The position numbers and the translations under genes are program-made. Source: Betaproteobacteria bacterium (lineage in GTDB: Bacteria > Pseudomonadota > Gammaproteobacteria > Burkholderiales > Thiobacteraceae). From it: 64,000 bases of DNA. The first letter of the stretch is position 1, and each line of letters starts with the position of its first letter. Below are positions 36,484-47,200 of this stretch, one piece after another. The DNA is taken from positions 836 to 64,835 of the forward strand of contig JANYAU010000115.1 of assembly GCA_025361165.1 (NCBI GenBank), written 5' to 3'. The notes beneath the pieces were generated by a model. It searched no databases and was not told the origin of the DNA. It saw nothing but the letters and a program-made list of their open reading frames with translations.

Positions 36484-36517
36484 TTGTCACGCAAGCGTCA
36501 CATTAGCGTCATAATAT
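36484..36517 (+). promoter_or_regulatory. Pho box plus -10 element of the phoBR promoter
   Basis: TTGTCAC-gcaa-GCGTCAC-atta-GCGTCAT gives 7-bp direct repeats with 11-bp periodicity. TAATAT is at 36512-36517. Confidence 0.65.
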
Positions 36518-36530
36518 GGTCGGCGTTCCC

Positions 36531-36595
36531 TGTAGGGGCGGGGATATATCCCGCCCGAATCGTTAGCTGCGGGCGAGGCTTGTCTCGCCCCTACA
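36531..36595. repeat. REP-like palindromic doublet in the phoB leader
   Basis: TGTAGGGGCG...CGCCCCTACA forms a 10-bp outer stem. It encloses two hairpins, GGGCGGG-GATATAT-CCCGCCC and GGGCGAG-GCTTGT-CTCGCCC, which compete with the outer stem. Confidence 0.65.
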
Positions 36596-36615
36596 TCACG
36601 CATAGGAGTAAAGCC

Positions 36616-37305
36616 ATGCCCGCAACTGTATTGGTAGTCGAAGACGAACCTGCGATCCAGGAGTTGATCGCGTTTAACCTGAAGCAAGCCGGCCACATCG
36701 TGATGGCCGCACCCAGCGCCGAGCTCGCCAGCCGGATGATTAAGGACGCGCTGCCGGATTTGATTTTGCTCGATTGGATGTTGCCCGGTATGAGCGGCAT
36801 CGAGTTTGCGCGCAAATTAAAAGGCGACGGTTATACCAAGGCGATTCCGGTGATCATGCTCACTGCGCGCGGCGAGGAGCAAGATAAGGTAAAAGGGCTC
36901 GAAACCGGCGCTGACGACTATGTCACCAAACCGTTTTCGCCGCGCGAGTTAAATGCGCGCATCAAGGCGGTGTTGCGCCGTCGCGCGCCGCAAATGACAG
37001 ATGAGCAGGTGGAGATGGCCGGGCTGGCGCTCGATCCCATTACCCATCGCGTGACCGGCGATGGCGCCTCAGTCGATCTCGGTCCGACCGAATTCCGCTT
37101 GTTGCATTTCCTCATGACGCATCCCGAGCGTGTGCATTCGCGCGCGCAACTGCTGGACAGCGTGTGGGGGAATCAAGTGTATGTGGAGGAGCGTACGGTC
37201 GATGTACACATCCGGCGTCTGCGCCGGGCGCTGGAACCGACGCAGCACGATGTCCTGGTGCAAACGGTGCGCGGCGCGGGCTACCGGCTATCGCAGCGCG
37301 CGTAA
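36616..37305 (+). CDS. phoB: phosphate regulon response regulator PhoB
   Basis: AGGAG RBS and ATG 36616. OmpR-family receiver plus winged helix. Adjacent to phoR and preceded by a Pho box. Confidence 0.95.
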   Translation: MPATVLVVEDEPAIQELIAFNLKQAGHIVMAAPSAELASRMIKDALPDLILLDWMLPGMSGIEFARKLKGDGYTKAIPVIMLTARGEEQDKVKGLETGADDYVTKPFSPRELNARIKAVLRRRAPQMTDEQVEMAGLALDPITHRVTGDGASVDLGPTEFRLLHFLMTHPERVHSRAQLLDSVWGNQVYVEERTVDVHIRRLRRALEPTQHDVLVQTVRGAGYRLSQRA

Positions 37306-37377
37306 AGAGCTTGCGCGCGCCTAGGCCGGCGGCGATTCATGCCATAATGTTCCCTCTTTTTTTCTGCCCGCCGCCGC

Positions 37378-38688
37378 ATGCCTGAATTCTGGTCGCGCTT
37401 GCTTGGCCGTTTTGGTCTGATCGCGCTAATCGCGTTGATCGCATGGCCTATCGCTGGCGCGGTGTGGGCGCTCGGGCTGCTCAGCCTGGGCCTGCTCGGC
37501 GAGCTTATTTTCCACTTGCGGCAACTGCAACAGCTCAATCAGTGGCTCGCCAATCCGCTGGTGCGCGCGGTGCCGGAAGGCCGGGGTGTGTGGGAGGACA
37601 CATTCGTCGCCTTGTACCACCTCGCACGCCGGCAATCAGCCAGCCAGCAGCAACTCTCCAAAGCGCTCTCCCGCTTTCAGCGCGCCGGCGAGGCGATGCC
37701 CGACGGCGTCGTGATGCTCGACGCCGGTGACCAGATCGAATGGTTCAATCCCATTGCCGCACAGCAATTCGGCTTGCATTTAGAAACCGATATCGGCCAC
37801 CCGATTACTTATTTGCTGCGCCAGAGTCAATTTAACGAATACTTGAGCGCGCACAATTATGGTGAACCGCTGATCTTGAAATCGACGCGTAGCACGGATG
37901 CCACGCTCGCGATCCAATTGGTACCGTTTGGCGATGATTTGAAACTGCTGATATCGCGCGATATTACCCGCTTCGAACAAGTCGAAACCATGCGCCGCGA
38001 TTTCATTGCCAATGTCTCGCACGAACTGCGCACGCCCTTGACGGTGGTCGGCGGCTTTCTCGAATCGCTGCAAGACTACACCGATTTAAGTGAAGAAAAT
38101 CGTGCGCATTTCTTCGCCTTGATGCGCGACCAAACCTTACGCATGCAGCGCCTGGTGGAAGATTTGCTCACGCTCTCGCGTTTGGAGAGCGCGGCCAATC
38201 CGCTGCAAGAAGAATCGGTGGATGTGCCGAAACTGATTCAGCAACTGCACCAAGAAGCGCAGAGTCTGAGCCAAGGGCGACATAAAATCCGGCTGGAAAT
38301 GGCGAGCGATACTGGCTTGCTCGGCAGCGAGAGTGAGCTGCGCAGCGGCTTGGGTAACTTAATCAGCAACGCGGTGCGTTATACGCCGTTGGGCGGCGAA
38401 ATTGTGGTGCGTTGGGAGGAAGTGAATGGCGAGGCGCGGTTTTCAGTCAAGGATAGCGGTATCGGTATCGAACCGCAGCATATCCCGCGACTGACCGAGC
38501 GCTTTTACCGCGTGGATCGCAGCCGCTCGCGTGAAACCGGCGGCACCGGCCTCGGGCTGTCGATCGTGAAGCACGTACTGACGCGTCATCAGTCGCGGCT
38601 CGAAATTGCCAGTGAGGTGGGACAGGGTAGTACTTTTAGCGCGGTGTTTCCGGCAAGCCGCTTGGTGAAAACGGTGGCAGCGGCTTGA
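37378..38688 (+). CDS. phoR: phosphate regulon sensor histidine kinase PhoR
   Basis: 436 aa with two N-terminal TM segments, a PAS region, H-box FIANVSHELRTPLT and an HATPase domain. Confidence 0.95.
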   Translation: MPEFWSRLLGRFGLIALIALIAWPIAGAVWALGLLSLGLLGELIFHLRQLQQLNQWLANPLVRAVPEGRGVWEDTFVALYHLARRQSASQQQLSKALSRFQRAGEAMPDGVVMLDAGDQIEWFNPIAAQQFGLHLETDIGHPITYLLRQSQFNEYLSAHNYGEPLILKSTRSTDATLAIQLVPFGDDLKLLISRDITRFEQVETMRRDFIANVSHELRTPLTVVGGFLESLQDYTDLSEENRAHFFALMRDQTLRMQRLVEDLLTLSRLESAANPLQEESVDVPKLIQQLHQEAQSLSQGRHKIRLEMASDTGLLGSESELRSGLGNLISNAVRYTPLGGEIVVRWEEVNGEARFSVKDSGIGIEPQHIPRLTERFYRVDRSRSRETGGTGLGLSIVKHVLTRHQSRLEIASEVGQGSTFSAVFPASRLVKTVAAA

Positions 38689-40323
38689 TTATTTGAGGCT
38701 GAACGTAACGCGCTCAAAATCGACGCCGCGTTCGATTACTTGGGAAAGCCGTACCGTCAACGTATTGTCGATGTGCAGCTCGAGTCGTTTATTTTGACCA
38801 TACCAGCCATGCGGCAGTACCAGCGTGGCGGGTTCTTTGAGGGCGGGGATTTCGGGCAGTAAAAACCCCTGCAAAAACTTGTTTTGCAGCGACGCAATGA
38901 GCACCGGTGCGCGAATTCCCACTGCCATCGGGATGCCGGGAAAGGCGCGGATGCCGATGTTCAAATCGCCATTCGGATCGAATCGCATCCAGCGTATCAT
39001 GCCGATCGCAAAATGTTTGGCTTGCGGATGCCGAATGGCGACTAACTGATTCAAGGCCACGCGCGCCGCGTGCAAGCCGTCCGCCGCTAGCTTAAAACCC
39101 AGCGCGGATTCATCCTGAATTTGCCAATTCTCTGCGGCATAACCCAATTGTGAAGCGTTGAGTTTTTTCGTCTGGTTGGTGACCTGACCGAAGATTTGTA
39201 AATCTTGCATCTCGCGCCAACCCAAGTCTTGCTGATCACGCTGGCCCGGCTGACGAAACGGTTTGCCACCGTTGCAGAAGAAGTGGATAGCCGCGATGGT
39301 GAAGGAGACCTGCGCTTTTTCTCCGCCCGCCCGCCGCTCGTACGCGCGGTTTTGGGGCGGCTCGCACCATTGTTGGTAGAGCTGGCTTAGCAGCGCTTCG
39401 CAGGCCGGTTGCTGGCAGTCGTCACCCATATCCAGCTCGCTGGGCGCACCCCCTTTACGTAAATGCCGGATGCGCTTCGCCAGCGTTACGGCAAGTAGGT
39501 TGATATCCAGGTGGCGTACGCTTGCACTCGCTTCAAAAGACATGCCGTATTGAATGCCGGTAGTGCGGTTTAAATCGACCACGAGGACGGGCAGCTTGAG
39601 TTCCGGATACGGTGCGCCGGGCATTTTAGTGATAACGACGCGCGACGCCCACTTGTCCAACCAACGATCGATCTGGCCGCGATGTTTGGGGTTGTGGTGG
39701 AAGGGATCCGCCAAATCAATTAACAGCGCTTGCACGTAGGCGGACTCGGGCCGCGTGCCTTCCACCATGCGATTCAAGGAATCCTTCACCGGAATTTTTT
39801 CCACTCCCAACTCTTCGGCGCTGGCATATGTTTTATGCAGTTGTTTCCACAGCGCCTCGGGCACATTTTGGTAGAGGCTATAGTATTCCAGCATCTGCTG
39901 CCCGGTCAGGCGAAGAATTCGCTGCACCATCACCGGCGCGAAACTGGTCAAGGCTTTATCGTTATCCAAATAATTTTGTAGGCAGATCTGGTAGCCCTGG
40001 GTAAAACTTTGCCACAGCGTGAGGGCTTTTTTCCACAACGCAATTTCGTTGCCGTCTAGCGGCACCGGCTTGCCGGCGTATTTTTTCGCCACTTCGCTTT
40101 GTACAAAGTGGATCGACTCGCGCAAGTGTTCGAGAATACGCCAGCGCTCGACGCCGGACAGGGCGGACGTGTGATTCAACAGGTCGAGCTGGAGTTGGAG
40201 TTCGGTGTGCGCCGCGGGCGCATTAGTTAACGGTAGCGCGGCGAGCCACTGCTGGCAGGATTTGGCATCCGAGATAATGGGGCGGTGCGCGCCGGTAATG
40301 GATGGCTGGTCAATCGAAAGCAT
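38689..40323 (-). CDS. hypothetical protein with a possible atypical PilZ-like C-terminal region
   Basis: 544 aa. RAYERR (RxxxR) and QDESALG (DxSxxG) motifs are present but 73 residues apart. No other family recognised. Confidence 0.5.
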   Translation of the reverse strand: MLSIDQPSITGAHRPIISDAKSCQQWLAALPLTNAPAAHTELQLQLDLLNHTSALSGVERWRILEHLRESIHFVQSEVAKKYAGKPVPLDGNEIALWKKALTLWQSFTQGYQICLQNYLDNDKALTSFAPVMVQRILRLTGQQMLEYYSLYQNVPEALWKQLHKTYASAEELGVEKIPVKDSLNRMVEGTRPESAYVQALLIDLADPFHHNPKHRGQIDRWLDKWASRVVITKMPGAPYPELKLPVLVVDLNRTTGIQYGMSFEASASVRHLDINLLAVTLAKRIRHLRKGGAPSELDMGDDCQQPACEALLSQLYQQWCEPPQNRAYERRAGGEKAQVSFTIAAIHFFCNGGKPFRQPGQRDQQDLGWREMQDLQIFGQVTNQTKKLNASQLGYAAENWQIQDESALGFKLAADGLHAARVALNQLVAIRHPQAKHFAIGMIRWMRFDPNGDLNIGIRAFPGIPMAVGIRAPVLIASLQNKFLQGFLLPEIPALKEPATLVLPHGWYGQNKRLELHIDNTLTVRLSQVIERGVDFERVTFSLK

Positions 40324-40348
40324 GACACCCTGCCGCTAGTGATTTTTG

Positions 40349-40765
40349 TTAATCGTATGAGATTTGGAGCAACTCATCAAGTCTAATGCGAAGTGTACCC
40401 GAGTCCGGCGCCGTCCGGCTACCACCAGCGCGCACTGGGGTAGCCCAAATCGGATGAGGGAAATGTGCGTCGTCGGTAAACCGCGGAATCACATGCCAAT
40501 GCACGTGCGGCACGACATTGCCTAGGCTGGCGAGGTTGATTTTGTCCGGATGCATAAGCCTGGTAAGCGCTTGCTCCACCGCGAACACCACACGCATCAG
40601 TTGTTGCTGCTCGGCGTGGGGGAGATCAGCCATCTCTTTGATGTGTCGATTAAGTATCACGCGGCAAAAACCGGGGTAGCCGGGGTCTTTAACCAGCACC
40701 ACGCGGCACAGCGCGTCTTGCCAAAGCAACTCGCCGCCGGGGGTATCGCAGAGTTCGCAGGGCAT
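40349..40765 (-). CDS. HIT family hydrolase
   Basis: 138 aa with the histidine triad HVHWHVIPR. Confidence 0.9.
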   Translation of the reverse strand: MPCELCDTPGGELLWQDALCRVVLVKDPGYPGFCRVILNRHIKEMADLPHAEQQQLMRVVFAVEQALTRLMHPDKINLASLGNVVPHVHWHVIPRFTDDAHFPHPIWATPVRAGGSRTAPDSGTLRIRLDELLQISYD

Positions 40766-43700
40766 TAGAGCAACACCCGCTCAATCCCGCCCCGATTCAC
40801 CTGGGCGATATAGTCTTGCATCCAGGATTCGCCCAGCAAGCGCCGCGCCAGTTCCACCACGATATAGTCGGCCTCGACGCCGGTGTCGTCGCGATAGCGC
40901 GCCAAGCCTTGCAGGCAAGAGGGGCATGAGGTGAGGGTTTTCACTTGAACACCGGGCGTGACGGCCTGGATCTTGGCTAGGCCGTTTTCCAGTTCTTCTA
41001 GCTTGCGGAAGCGGATTTGGGTGGAAATATCGGGCCGCGACACCGCCAGCGTACCGGCTTCACCGCAGCAGCGGTCGGTGAGTTGTACCGCGCTTCCCAT
41101 CAGCGTGCTCGTTACGGTGAGCGGGTTGTGTTGCTTCATCGGCGTATGGCAGGGGTCGTGGTAGAGATATTTCACGCCCGGCACATCGTCCAGCGCCACG
41201 CCTTTTTCCATCAGGTATTCGTGGATGTCGAGCAGACGGCAGCCGGGAAAGATTTTCTCGAACTGGTATTTTTGCAACTGATCCATGCAGGTGCCGCAGG
41301 AGACCAGCACGGTTTTGATGTCGAGATAATTGAGCGTATTCGCCACGCGATGGAACAGCACTTGGTTGGTGGAACTGATCTGCTGGCCCTTATCCTGATT
41401 GCCGGCCGCGGTCTGCGGGTAGCCGCAGCACAAATAGCCCGGTGGCAGCACGGTGATCGCGCCCACGTGGTACAGCATGGCTTGAGTGGCAAGGCCCACT
41501 TGTGAAAACAAGCGCTCCGAGCCGCAACCGGGAAAATAAAACACCGCATCGGCGTCCTCGGCGGTTTTTTGCGGATCGCGGATTACCGGGACGGTGTTGG
41601 GATCTTCCAGACCCAAGAGTGCGCGCGAGGTGCGTTTCGGCAGCCCACCCGGCATCGGCTTGTTGATGAAGTGGATGACTTGTGTACTGATCTTGGCCGG
41701 TTCATGCGTGGCAGGCGGGTGAGCGCCTTGCTCGCGCAATAAGCCGAAATATTTGGCCGCGCCATAGCCCAGGCGCTGCGCTTTGTAGCCCCATTCGATC
41801 ATGACTTTACGCGTAAATTTGATCATGCCGGCATCGGTGCTGTTGAGAAACAGCATGGAAAGCGCGCTGCCGGGGTTGAATTTTTTCTGCCCGCGCTTAC
41901 GCAAAAAATTGCGCATCGCGATCGATACATCGCCGAAGTCGATGTCCACCGGGCACGGGTTCAAACACTTATGGCAGATCGTGCAGTGATCGGCCACGTC
42001 ATTGAATTCGTCGAAATGCTTGAGCGAAATGCCGCGCCGGGTTTGTTCTTCGTATAAAAATGCCTCGATCAAGAGGCTGGTGCCGAGCACTTTGTTGCGC
42101 GGGCTGTATAACAAATTCGCGCGCGGAATATGCGTGTTGCACACCGGTTTGCACTTCCCGCAACGCAGGCAGTCTTTGATTGAGTCGGCGATCTCGCCGA
42201 TTTCCGACTGCTCCATGATCAGCGATTCCACTTCCAGCAAATTGAAGCTGGGGGTGTAAGCGTTGTGCAGATCGGCGCCGGGCAGCAGCTTGCCTCGATT
42301 GAAATGCCCGTGCGGGTCGATCTTGTGTTTGTAAGCGGCGAACGGCGCAATTTCTTCCGGCGTCAGAAATTGCAGCTTGGTGATGCCGATGCCGTGCTCG
42401 CCCGAGATCACGCCGCCGAGCTGGGTGGCCAGCGCCATGATGCGCTCCACCGCTTGATTCGCCGCTTGCAGCATGGCGTAGTCGTCGGAGTTTACCGGGA
42501 TGTTGGTGTGCACATTGCCGTCACCGGCGTGCATATGCAGCGCGATGAATACCCGGCTGCGCAATATTTCTTGATGAATTGCATCGAGCTTGGCCAGCAC
42601 CGGCTGAAACTCGCGGCCAGTGAAAAGTTGATGCAGGGGTTCGCGTACTTCGCGCTTCCACGACACGCGAATGGCGTGGTCTTGCAAGGCATGAAACACC
42701 GTGTCGAGTTTCGAGTCTCGGGCTTCGAGTCGCAGTTCAGCGGCATCCGTGTCGAGATTCGCTAACAACCACTGCCAGCGGGCGCGCACCTGGGCAATCA
42801 ATTCCAATGCGCGGGTGCGTCGGCTCTCGGTGAGTTCAGGATCGGGCACGGTTTCTGGATCGCGATGCAGTGGCAGTTCACCTTTTAGAAATGTTTCCAA
42901 GGCATCGAGCAAAGCGAGTTTGTTGCGCGTGGATAATTCGATATTGATGCGTTCCACGCCCTCGGTGTAATCGGCCAGCCGTGGCAGCGGAATCACCACA
43001 TCCTCGTTGATCTTGAAGGCGTTGGTATGCGCGGCAATTGCTGCGGTGCGCGCGCGATCCAGCCAGAATTTGCGCCGCGCTTCCGGACTCACGGCGATGA
43101 AGCCTTCGCCGCCGCGCGCATTCGCCAGACGCACGATGTGGGACGCGGCTTCGCCCACCGCATTTTCATCGTCGGACGCGATATCAGCGACCAGCACCAT
43201 ATTCGGGCGCTGCGGGCGATTGGCTTTAGTGGCGTAGCCCACCGCCTTCACATAGCGCACATCCAGGTGCTCCAGTCCCGCGAGCTGTGTGCCGGGACGT
43301 TGATCAATATAATTCTTGATTTCGACAATGGCCGGCACCGCTGCGCGCGCCTGGCCGAAAAACTCCAAACATATCGTGCGCACATGCGCTGGCATCTTGT
43401 GCAGAATGAAGCGCGCGGAAGTGATGATGCCGTCGCAACCTTCTTTTTGGATACCCGGCAGCCCGGCTAAAAATTTATCGGTGACGTCTTTACCCAATCC
43501 CGCTTTGCGAAACTGCGCTCCCGGAATTTCCAGTATTTCCGGCGGCTCTTGCGGTGTGCCATCCGCCGCAAAGCGCGTGACGCGAAAGCGCGCAAGCTGC
43601 GCATCGTGAATCTTGCCCAGATTGTGCTCGAGTCGCGTCACTTCCATCCACTCGCCATCGGGCGTGACCATGCGCCAGGACACCAAATTGTCGATGGCGG

Positions 43701-44583
43701 TGCCCCACAACACGGCTTTTTTGCCGCCGGCGTTCATCGCCACATTGCCGCCGATGCAGGAGGCGTCGGCCGAGGTGGGATCGACCGCGAACACTAAACC
43801 GGCCTCGTCGGCCGCTTCCATCACGCGTTTGGTGACCACGCCTGCGCCGCAGTGGATAGTGGCTACTTCGCGCACCACGCCGGGCAGCGCAATGTGCTCG
43901 ACGGCGCCCAGCGTATCGAGTTTCTCGGTATTAATCACCGCCGAGAGTTTGGTCAGTGGCACGGCGCCGCCGGTGTAGCCGGTGCCGCCGCCACGCGGGA
44001 TGATAGTGAGGCCGAGTTCGATCAGCGTGCGCACCATAGGCGCGATTTCTTCCTCGGTATCGGGCGCGAGTACAACAAACGGATACTCCACACGCCAGTC
44101 GGTGGCGTCGGTGACATGCGAAACGCGCGATAGCCCATCGAACTGAATGTTGTCGCGGCGCGTTATGCGGCTGAGTTTGTCCAGCGCACGCTTACGCAAT
44201 AAGCGCGTGTGCTCGAATTCCGCCGCGAAGGCGTTTACCGCTTCGTGCGCGGCGTCGAGTAGTTGCGCAACACTTTCATTGCCCTGGCGTCGCGTCTCGA
44301 TCGCGTTGAGCCGGTGCCGCAGTGCGCCGATCAAAGCCTCGCGCCGCTTCGGGTTGGCCAGCAGATCGTCTTCCAGATAGGGATTGCGCGAAATTACCCA
44401 CAGATCGCCCAGCACCTCGAATAACATGCGCGCCGAACGGCCGGTACGACGCTCGCCACGCAATGCGTCGAGCACGCGCCACATCTCCGTGCCGAGAAAG
44501 CGCATCACGATCTCGCGGTCGGAGAACGACGTGTAGTTGTAGGGGATTTCGCGCAGGCGGGTGGACATGGGGTAATCGGCCAA
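40765..44583 (-). CDS. large FAD-linked oxidase fused to an Fe-S / CCG-domain oxidoreductase (GlcD-GlcF-like fusion with an N-terminal extension)
   Basis: 1272 aa. It has an FAD-binding PCMH region ([13 protein letters not shown]), 4Fe-4S Cys motifs ([23 protein letters not shown]) and C-terminal CCG repeats. Its TAA overlaps the HIT ATG by 1 nt. The true start may be ATG 44568. Confidence 0.85.
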   Translation of the reverse strand: MADYPMSTRLREIPYNYTSFSDREIVMRFLGTEMWRVLDALRGERRTGRSARMLFEVLGDLWVISRNPYLEDDLLANPKRREALIGALRHRLNAIETRRQGNESVAQLLDAAHEAVNAFAAEFEHTRLLRKRALDKLSRITRRDNIQFDGLSRVSHVTDATDWRVEYPFVVLAPDTEEEIAPMVRTLIELGLTIIPRGGGTGYTGGAVPLTKLSAVINTEKLDTLGAVEHIALPGVVREVATIHCGAGVVTKRVMEAADEAGLVFAVDPTSADASCIGGNVAMNAGGKKAVLWGTAIDNLVSWRMVTPDGEWMEVTRLEHNLGKIHDAQLARFRVTRFAADGTPQEPPEILEIPGAQFRKAGLGKDVTDKFLAGLPGIQKEGCDGIITSARFILHKMPAHVRTICLEFFGQARAAVPAIVEIKNYIDQRPGTQLAGLEHLDVRYVKAVGYATKANRPQRPNMVLVADIASDDENAVGEAASHIVRLANARGGEGFIAVSPEARRKFWLDRARTAAIAAHTNAFKINEDVVIPLPRLADYTEGVERINIELSTRNKLALLDALETFLKGELPLHRDPETVPDPELTESRRTRALELIAQVRARWQWLLANLDTDAAELRLEARDSKLDTVFHALQDHAIRVSWKREVREPLHQLFTGREFQPVLAKLDAIHQEILRSRVFIALHMHAGDGNVHTNIPVNSDDYAMLQAANQAVERIMALATQLGGVISGEHGIGITKLQFLTPEEIAPFAAYKHKIDPHGHFNRGKLLPGADLHNAYTPSFNLLEVESLIMEQSEIGEIADSIKDCLRCGKCKPVCNTHIPRANLLYSPRNKVLGTSLLIEAFLYEEQTRRGISLKHFDEFNDVADHCTICHKCLNPCPVDIDFGDVSIAMRNFLRKRGQKKFNPGSALSMLFLNSTDAGMIKFTRKVMIEWGYKAQRLGYGAAKYFGLLREQGAHPPATHEPAKISTQVIHFINKPMPGGLPKRTSRALLGLEDPNTVPVIRDPQKTAEDADAVFYFPGCGSERLFSQVGLATQAMLYHVGAITVLPPGYLCCGYPQTAAGNQDKGQQISSTNQVLFHRVANTLNYLDIKTVLVSCGTCMDQLQKYQFEKIFPGCRLLDIHEYLMEKGVALDDVPGVKYLYHDPCHTPMKQHNPLTVTSTLMGSAVQLTDRCCGEAGTLAVSRPDISTQIRFRKLEELENGLAKIQAVTPGVQVKTLTSCPSCLQGLARYRDDTGVEADYIVVELARRLLGESWMQDYIAQVNRGGIERVLL

Positions 44584-44668
44584 AAAGAGCGCACATTCTA
44601 GCGCATCGGCCGATGCACCGCACCCAAGCGCCTGTCAACGGTAGGGGTTTGGCCGCCTAATGCGTTCC

Positions 44669-45010
44669 TTAGGATTCCTGAATATGGAAGTGGTGCATCA
44701 AGCGATGCACGAGCGGAGCGAGTAAGACGCTGGCTGCGCCAATGAACACCAAGCCGCTGAACAAGGCATAAAAGGATGCGAATAGTTTGCCGGCGACAGT
44801 GTGCAGCCCGTCCACCGGCCCCATGCCGCCAAGGATCATCGAAGCGTTCAGCAAGGCATCGAGCCAGGATAGGTGTTCCGTGAAGTGATAACCGGCGATG
44901 CCGATGCCGAGCGCAACCACCACAATGGCAGCCGAAAATAAGGCGCTGCGCAGTATCCGCCGAATAAAAGCGCGGAAAGGGAGTAACTTTTCGTGACGTT
45001 TTTCGTACAT
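44669..45010 (-). CDS. small membrane protein with an ion-channel pore-loop-like segment
   Basis: 113 aa with two TM segments flanking SWLDALLNASMILGGMGPVD. This resembles a K-channel pore helix and filter region but lacks TVGYG. Confidence 0.45.
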   Translation of the reverse strand: MYEKRHEKLLPFRAFIRRILRSALFSAAIVVVALGIGIAGYHFTEHLSWLDALLNASMILGGMGPVDGLHTVAGKLFASFYALFSGLVFIGAASVLLAPLVHRLMHHFHIQES

Positions 45011-45017
45011 CGTGCGC

Positions 45018-45569
45018 TTACTTTTCCTTTCGGTTGGCGCTGGGCCGGGCCAGCAGCGGATCGACTAAATCGCTCATGCGCCCATAGTAGACTTGGCCGT
45101 GGACTTTGTGGCGGAGATGTCCGTCACGGTCGATTACCATCGACATCGGCACTTGGTCGATGGGACCGAAAGTCTGCCGCAGTTCGTCATCCGCCATTGC
45201 CGCAGGGAAAGTATAGCCATGTTCGCGCATGTATTGCAGCGCTTTGGCCGGATCGTCGTCGAGGCTGATGGCGATCATTTCAAATCCCTTGGCGTGGTAA
45301 TCCCGGTAGAACTTTTCAATCGCCGGCATTTCCTTGAGGCAGTAGGGGCACCACGTGGCCCAGAAATTCACCAATACGACTTTGCCGCGCAGGCTTCCTA
45401 GTGTACCCATACGGCCATCGAGCGTGGTGAACGGGAGATTGGGCAAGGCTTCATTCATATCCGCGACCTGCGCCGGCGGGCGGAACCAAATATAGGCTAT
45501 CAGCCCAATCAAGATCAGGGTGACGACATTGCTTTTTAAATGCTTCTTGATGCGCTCAGTCAGATTCAT
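45018..45569 (-). CDS. TlpA/ResA-family thiol-disulfide oxidoreductase
   Basis: 183 aa with an N-terminal anchor and WATWCPYC. Confidence 0.9.
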   Translation of the reverse strand: MNLTERIKKHLKSNVVTLILIGLIAYIWFRPPAQVADMNEALPNLPFTTLDGRMGTLGSLRGKVVLVNFWATWCPYCLKEMPAIEKFYRDYHAKGFEMIAISLDDDPAKALQYMREHGYTFPAAMADDELRQTFGPIDQVPMSMVIDRDGHLRHKVHGQVYYGRMSDLVDPLLARPSANRKEK

Positions 45570-45607
45570 GGATACTCTAAGTAATTAGTGGATGCCGAGG
45601 AAGTGAC

Positions 45608-46021
45608 ATGCTGTGGGTCAAATCGTTTCATATCATTTTCATGGTTACTTGGTTCGCGGGACTATTCTATTTACCGCGGCTGTATGTGTATCACGCCCTG
45701 AGCGACGATGCGCCGAGTATCGCGCGCTTTAAAATCATGGAGCGCAAATTGTTCTATGGCATTATGACCCCCGGCGGAATAATCACGATTGCACTCGGCC
45801 TCTGGCTATGGCTCGGCTACGGTATCACGGGCGGCTGGTTGATGGCGAAGCTGGCGCTGGTGGCTGTGCTCATCGTTTATCACCTCTATTGCGGAAAATT
45901 GCTGCTGGATTTTAAGCATGACCGCAACACGCATAGCCATGTATGGTATCGCTGGTTCAATGAACTGCCAGTATTGATCTTGATCGCCGTGGTTATCCTG
46001 GTCGTCGTCAAACCCTTTTAA
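45608..46021 (+). CDS. hemJ: protoporphyrinogen IX oxidase HemJ family
   Basis: 137 aa with the N-terminus LWVKSFHIIFMVTWFAGLFYLPRLYVYHA characteristic of HemJ (UPF0093). Confidence 0.85.
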   Translation: MLWVKSFHIIFMVTWFAGLFYLPRLYVYHALSDDAPSIARFKIMERKLFYGIMTPGGIITIALGLWLWLGYGITGGWLMAKLALVAVLIVYHLYCGKLLLDFKHDRNTHSHVWYRWFNELPVLILIAVVILVVVKPF

Positions 46022-46060
46022 ACTTTAGCGCCGGCATGCCCTGCCCTCAATAGGAAACCC

Positions 46061-47200
46061 ATGAATCAATTTTTCGCCACCTGCCCGCGCGGGCTGGAAG
46101 CCGTACTGGCGCAAGAGCTCACCACCCTCGGCGCGCATCAAGTCAAAGCCACCGATGGCGGCGCGAGTTTCAGCGGGCCGATGGCGCTGTGCTATCGGGT
46201 TAACTTGGAAAGCCGTGTCGCCAGCCGCGTGCTGTGGCAGATCGACAGCGCGCCGTATCGCATCGAAGAAGACGTGTATCAGCGCACCCGTGGCTTGCCG
46301 TGGGAAAACTGGTTCACGCCGCATCAAACCATCGCGGTCAAAGTTACCGCGCAACATTGCGCGCTGAAGAGCTTGGAGTTCATCACGCTGCGCATCAAAG
46401 ACGCGGTGTGCGATCACTTTCGCGACCTCACCGGCATTCGTCCCAGCGTCGATACGCGCTTACCGGATGTGCGCATCCACGCCTATTTCGACGCGCAGCA
46501 ATTCACGCTTTACCTCGATACCTCCGGCGAAACGCTGTTCAAGCGCGGCTACCGCCAATTCACCGGTGAAGCGCCGCTGCGCGAAAACCTCGCTGCCGGT
46601 ATCCTTAAACTCACCGGCTGGGAGCCCGGCGTGCCGCTGTTCGACCCCATGTGCGGCAGCGGCACCTTTGTCTTGGAAGCAGCGCTAATGGCCTTGCACA
46701 TTCCGCCCGGCAGCAAGCGGCCTTTTGGTTTCGAGCGCCTCAAAAATTTCGAGCACCAAGCGTGGGATCAGATACGCGCCGATGCCGCAGCTCAACCTTT
46801 ACCGTCGACCGCTTTGCCCATTTACGGCAGTGATCACGATAAGTGGGCGGTCATGGATGCGCACAAAAATTTGGAGAATGCCGGATTGACTGGCGTAGCC
46901 ACGGTGGAGGAGAAAGACATTCTCGACATCACGGCACCCGCAGCAAGCGGGGTGCTGGTGATGAACCCGCCCTATGGCGAGCGCATCGGCGAGGCGGACG
47001 AATTGGCCGAGCTATATCCCAAGCTAGGCAGCGTGTTGAAGCAACGCTTCGCGGGATGGAAAGTGGGCATCATCACCGCCGACACGCGGCTACCGAAACT
47101 GATGCGGCTCAAGCCCTCGCGCAAGATACCGCTCTTCAATGGGCCGATTGAATGCCGCTTGTATTTATTCGAAATGGTGGCGGGGTCGAATCGGGGTTGA
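46061..47200 (+). CDS. THUMP-domain class I SAM-dependent RNA methyltransferase (RlmL-like)
   Basis: 379 aa with an N-terminal THUMP-like region, the SAM motif DPMCGSGTF and catalytic NPPYGERIG. Confidence 0.85.
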   Translation: MNQFFATCPRGLEAVLAQELTTLGAHQVKATDGGASFSGPMALCYRVNLESRVASRVLWQIDSAPYRIEEDVYQRTRGLPWENWFTPHQTIAVKVTAQHCALKSLEFITLRIKDAVCDHFRDLTGIRPSVDTRLPDVRIHAYFDAQQFTLYLDTSGETLFKRGYRQFTGEAPLRENLAAGILKLTGWEPGVPLFDPMCGSGTFVLEAALMALHIPPGSKRPFGFERLKNFEHQAWDQIRADAAAQPLPSTALPIYGSDHDKWAVMDAHKNLENAGLTGVATVEEKDILDITAPAASGVLVMNPPYGERIGEADELAELYPKLGSVLKQRFAGWKVGIITADTRLPKLMRLKPSRKIPLFNGPIECRLYLFEMVAGSNRG

